DNA of 64,000 bases from Acidobacteriota bacterium (GTDB lineage Bacteria; Acidobacteriota; UBA6911; RPQK01; JAJDTT01). The DNA lies in the NCBI GenBank assembly GCA_965263035.1, contig OZ253580.1, positions 1,568,001 through 1,632,000 on the forward strand. Reading direction: 5' to 3'. This document shows, in pieces, positions 60,559 to 64,000 of the stretch. A model generated the notes under the pieces. It saw nothing but the letters and a program-made list of their open reading frames with translations, did not search any database and had not been told where the DNA came from. Position 1 is the stretch's first letter; each line of letters begins with the position of its first letter. Position numbers and translations under genes: made by a program.

Positions 60559-61362
60559 ATGTTTCCCAAGCTGCTGGAAATCGGACCCCTGACCCTTCAC
60601 ACCTACGGGGCGCTGCTGGCGACCGCCTGCCTGTCGGCCATCTTTCTTTTCGCCCGGCTGGGGGCCCGCGACGGCGTACCCCGGCAGCGGAGCTGGGACC
60701 TGGGATTCATCATCATCCTCTCGGCCATCGTCGGAGCCAAGCTGCTGATGATCCTCACCGATTGGAAGACCTATCTGGTGCAGGACCCCTCAAGGTTGTT
60801 CACTCTGGGATTCTGGCAGGCCGGCGGCGTCTACTACGGGGGCCTGCTGGGGGCCATGGCCGGCAGCTATCTCTACGTCCGGCGGCAACCGTCCATGGAC
60901 TTCCGGACGGTGGCGGACGCCGCGGGGCCGGCCATCGCTCTGGGGCAGACCATCGGCCGTCTGGGCTGTTTCGCTGCCGGGTGCGACTACGGGCAACCCT
61001 GCTCCCTCCCGTGGGCCGTCACCTTCACCAGCGAGTACGCCCATCGTGTGGTGGGCGTGCCCATCAACGTGGCTCTGCACCCGACCCAGATCTACGAATC
61101 GCTGGCGACGTTCACGCTGTTTCTCTTCCTGCTCTGGCTGCACGGGGCGCGGCGCTTCAAGGGACAGGTCTTCGCCGCCTACCTCCTCTGCTACTCGATC
61201 CTGCGCTTCGGGATCGAGATCTTCCGGGGCGACGCCGACCGGGGCTTCGTGCTCGGAGGAGCTCTCTCCACCTCCCAGTTCATCAGCCTGCTGCTCGTTC
61301 CCTGCGGCCTGCTGCTCTACCGCTACATGAAAAGAAACCCGGTTCCTTCACGCCGTGGTTGA
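60559..61362 (+). CDS. lgt: Prolipoprotein diacylglyceryl transferase
   Basis: IGPLTLHTYG, GGVYYGG, IGRLGCF..GC, LPWAV, HPTQIYE, RFGIEIFRGD. Confidence 0.92.
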   Translation: MFPKLLEIGPLTLHTYGALLATACLSAIFLFARLGARDGVPRQRSWDLGFIIILSAIVGAKLLMILTDWKTYLVQDPSRLFTLGFWQAGGVYYGGLLGAMAGSYLYVRRQPSMDFRTVADAAGPAIALGQTIGRLGCFAAGCDYGQPCSLPWAVTFTSEYAHRVVGVPINVALHPTQIYESLATFTLFLFLLWLHGARRFKGQVFAAYLLCYSILRFGIEIFRGDADRGFVLGGALSTSQFISLLLVPCGLLLYRYMKRNPVPSRRG

Positions 61363-62317
61363 AACAGACGAGACTCGAACCGAGACGATCCGTCTCAGGG
61401 TGAGCCCGGGCGACGCAGGCCGGCGCCTGGACGCCTACCTGAGCGGCCGCCTCTCCAAGTTCAGCCGCAGCAGTATCCGGCGCTGGGTGGAGGGCAATCG
61501 GGTCCTGGTGCTGGGCCAGAGCCGCAAGCCCAGCTACCTGCTGCGTCCGGGAGACGAGATCCAGGTGGACCCGCCCCCGCCGGAGCCCTCGCACCTGACG
61601 CCGGAACCGATTCCCCTGAACGTGCTCCACGAGGACTCGTGCCTGCTGGTGGTGGACAAGCCGGCGGGACTGGTGGTGCATCCGGGAGCCGGCAACCGGA
61701 GCGGGACCCTGGCCAACGCCCTGGCCTACCATCTGGAGGAGCTGAGCCGAGAGGAAACCGTCAGGCCGGGAATCGTGCACCGGCTGGACAAAGGGACCTC
61801 GGGACTCCTGGTGGTGGCCAAGACGGAGCAGGCGCACGATCTTCTCTCCCGCCAGTTCGCCCGCCGGGAGGTGGAGAAGCGGTACCTGGCCCTGGTGCAC
61901 GGCTCGGTGGAGAAGGATCGGGGCGAGATCGACGTTCCTATCGGGCGCCATCCCCGATCCCGAACCCGGATCTCGACCCGGACCCGCAAGCCGCGCCCCG
62001 CCCTGACCCGCTACCGGGTGCTCTCGCGGCACCCCGGCTTCACCTACGTCACGGTCGCGCCCCACACGGGGCGGACGCACCAGATCCGGGTCCACCTGAC
62101 CCATCTGGGACACCCGGTGGTGGGAGACGACACCTACGGCGGCCGGCGGCTTCGCCAACTTCCCGATTCGATCCGCGAATCGGACATGGTCCGGATGGGA
62201 CGCAACTTCCTCCACGCGGCCTCCCTGGCCTTCGTCCACCCCGGCACGGGACGGCGGGTACGCTTCGAGAGTCCCCTGCCCCCGGAACTTGAAGCGGCTC
62301 TGGCGGTTTTGGAATAA
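61355..62317 (+). CDS. rluD: RluA/RluD family 23S rRNA pseudouridine synthase
   Basis: S4 domain RLDAYL; VDKPAGLVVHPG, GIVHRLDKGTSG, TGRTHQIRVH, GDDTYG, LHA. Confidence 0.92.
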   Translation: MVETDETRTETIRLRVSPGDAGRRLDAYLSGRLSKFSRSSIRRWVEGNRVLVLGQSRKPSYLLRPGDEIQVDPPPPEPSHLTPEPIPLNVLHEDSCLLVVDKPAGLVVHPGAGNRSGTLANALAYHLEELSREETVRPGIVHRLDKGTSGLLVVAKTEQAHDLLSRQFARREVEKRYLALVHGSVEKDRGEIDVPIGRHPRSRTRISTRTRKPRPALTRYRVLSRHPGFTYVTVAPHTGRTHQIRVHLTHLGHPVVGDDTYGGRRLRQLPDSIRESDMVRMGRNFLHAASLAFVHPGTGRRVRFESPLPPELEAALAVLE

Positions 62318-63564
62318 TGGACCGGCGAATGTCCCCACGAAGCCGGCTGAAGAGTCTCGAATTCTCAAAAAAGAATTTCGAGGTCAAGAGACGAGAATTG
62401 AGGGCGCTGGCATGCTCGCTGTGTCTGCGGGAGCGGGAGGGCGGCCCGCCGCGCGGAGACGGCTGGACGACTCGGCCGGGGGTTTCCGCGCAAGAGAAGC
62501 GGGCCCGGGCGAGAGTCTCGTTCTGGCGGTCGCCGGGCCACCTCCTGCTGGCGAAGCTGCTCACCCGGGTTCTGCTCGTCCTGGCCCTGATCCCGGGCCT
62601 CCTGGCCCAGTCGAGCCCCGAGGCCGGAGACGATCCGCTGGAACCGTTCCGGGTGGAGGTGGACGCGGTGAACGTCCTGGTGGCGGTCCACCACAAGAAG
62701 ACCGGCCGCTTCGTCACCAACCTCTCGCCGCAGCACTTCATCATCAAGGAGGACGGCCGCCGCCAGCAACTCACCAACTTCGCCGCCCAGACCAATCTGC
62801 CCCTGACCATCGCCATCTGCGTGGACGCCAGCGCCAGCGTCCGGCTCAAGCTGGGCTTCGAGAAGGAGGTGGCCACAGACTTCCTCTTTGACGTAATGCG
62901 GCCCACCGACAAGGCGCTGCTGTTGGAATTCGACACCGGGGTGACGCTGCTGCACGACTTCACCTCCAACCCCAACGCGCTGCTGGCCGAGATCGACAAC
63001 CTGAGGGCGGGCGGAGGCACCTCGCTTTACGACGCCATCTACCTGATCTCGGAGCAGAAGATGCTGCAGGAGTACGGCCGCAAGACGATCCTGGTCCTCT
63101 CGGACGGGTCGGACCTGACCAGCGTCCACACCTTCGACGAGACGCTCCGGATGGCCTATATGGCCGAATCCACCATCTACGCCATCAGCACCACCCGGTT
63201 CGGGGCGGGTGAGGACGCCAGAGGCGACGATGCGCTGGAAAACCTGACCGAGAACACCGGTGGCACGGTCTTCTTCCCCCACTCCAGCAACAACCTGGCG
63301 GAGGCCTTCACGACCATCGACCAGGAACTGCGCAGCCAGTACAACCTGACCTACGTCCCCACCAACAAGAAGAAGGACGGCACCCTCCGCAAGATCGAGG
63401 TGGAGGTGAAGGCGGACGACGTCCGGATTCGCCACCGGCGAGGTTACTACGCCCCGTTCGACCCCATGGACAAGTGGAACCGGCGGGCGCTGGAACGGGA
63501 GCAGCGGAGGTTCCGGGACGAGCAGGAGAAGCAGGAAAAGGCGAAGGATAAGGGCAAGGAGTAG
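62317..63564 (+). CDS. VWA-domain protein (acidobacterial VWFA-related type); start uncertain
   Basis: FRVEVDAVNV, MIDAS DASAS, GGTSLYDAI, LSDGSD, ELRSQYNLTYVP, RHRRGYYA. Confidence 0.82.
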   Translation: MDRRMSPRSRLKSLEFSKKNFEVKRRELRALACSLCLREREGGPPRGDGWTTRPGVSAQEKRARARVSFWRSPGHLLLAKLLTRVLLVLALIPGLLAQSSPEAGDDPLEPFRVEVDAVNVLVAVHHKKTGRFVTNLSPQHFIIKEDGRRQQLTNFAAQTNLPLTIAICVDASASVRLKLGFEKEVATDFLFDVMRPTDKALLLEFDTGVTLLHDFTSNPNALLAEIDNLRAGGGTSLYDAIYLISEQKMLQEYGRKTILVLSDGSDLTSVHTFDETLRMAYMAESTIYAISTTRFGAGEDARGDDALENLTENTGGTVFFPHSSNNLAEAFTTIDQELRSQYNLTYVPTNKKKDGTLRKIEVEVKADDVRIRHRRGYYAPFDPMDKWNRRALEREQRRFRDEQEKQEKAKDKGKE

Positions 63565-63570
63565 CCCGGG

Positions 63571-64000
63571 TCAGAAGCTCAACTGCGAGACTCGCTCGCG
63601 GTGCCGCTCGTTCCAGAATTCGGCAAGCCCACGGTAGTAGCGACCTTCTTCAGTCCGACCACGTTTCTCGCACCCCCCCGCCAGGATTCCCGATTTGCGA
63701 ACGATCTCGGCGTCGGTCCAGGCCTCCTGCTGCAGGCTCAGGATCCCGCTTTCGACGGTCTTCACCATGGCGCGGACCCGGAAACGGTCCAGTCCCCAGG
63801 TGCTCCTGGAAAGCTGGTCGGCATGCCCGCCGGTCTTGACTACCAGGGGCTGGTCCACGAAGCAGATGGGATGGCAGGCGAACATGCGCAGCCAGAGTTC
63901 ATAGTCCTCGCAGACGGGAAAGTCTTCGTCGAAGCCTCCGCAACGGTCCAGCAGCTTTCGGGAGAGGAGGATCGAACTGGGGCTGATGACGCAGCGGGGG
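63571..64000 (-). CDS. Glycosyltransferase family 2 (5' part beyond window)
   Basis: Open from the edge: CVISPSSILL...GGFDEDFPVCEDYELWLR...K.GGHADQLS. Confidence 0.85.
   Translation of the reverse strand, partial: PRCVISPSSILLSRKLLDRCGGFDEDFPVCEDYELWLRMFACHPICFVDQPLVVKTGGHADQLSRSTWGLDRFRVRAMVKTVESGILSLQQEAWTDAEIVRKSGILAGGCEKRGRTEEGRYYRGLAEFWNERHRERVSQLSF

Noticed and set aside
62356-62382. Hairpin CTCGAATTCT-CAAAAA-AGAATTTCGAG after rluD
   Set aside because: Single short palindrome with no target duplication or second copy; it only suggests the VWA start is downstream of 62317.
155-63435. Long antisense or alternate-frame ORFs (e.g. 155-2137, 35841-37571, 44497-47478, 49705-51663, 52290-55016, 56194-58332, 58305-60461)
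   Set aside because: They overlap well-supported genes on the other strand, have no recognisable motifs and are expected shadows of high-GC codon usage.

Overview
High-GC bacterial chromosomal segment, most consistent with an Acidobacteriota genome (acidobacterial-type VWA protein, ECF/Ser-Thr-kinase pair, TMTC-like protein; taxonomy is inference). The flanks (1-20.6 kb and 41.3-64 kb) are mostly housekeeping: a GlmL/MutL-like gene cluster, rplU-rpmA-obgE-nadD-rsfS-dksA-comF-ftcD, a decayed trkA-trkH operon, gltA, nadA, LysR-gltB-gltD, an EF-G paralog, lgt and rluD. The centre (~20.7-41.2 kb) is a co-oriented accessory locus. It holds an ECF sigma factor with a Ser/Thr-rich sigma2.2 motif, a polytopic membrane Ser/Thr kinase, three domain-shuffled paralogous secreted proteins and a 1894-aa subtilase. 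A bipartite motif (GTCCG-N12-CAGACGTCATA) occurs identically upstream of the kinase and of the secreted-protein array and is a candidate ECF promoter. An IS1182 element and a 109-bp MITE sit in tandem in one CTAG target at the 3' end of the sigma gene. Elsewhere, a REP/REPIN family appears to have removed stop codons and fused two gene pairs in frame, a 159-bp palindromic MITE separates an RBS from its start codon, and an FGE/CLec-domain gene has a DGR-variable-region-like C-terminus. No CRISPR array, rRNA or tRNA was recognised.
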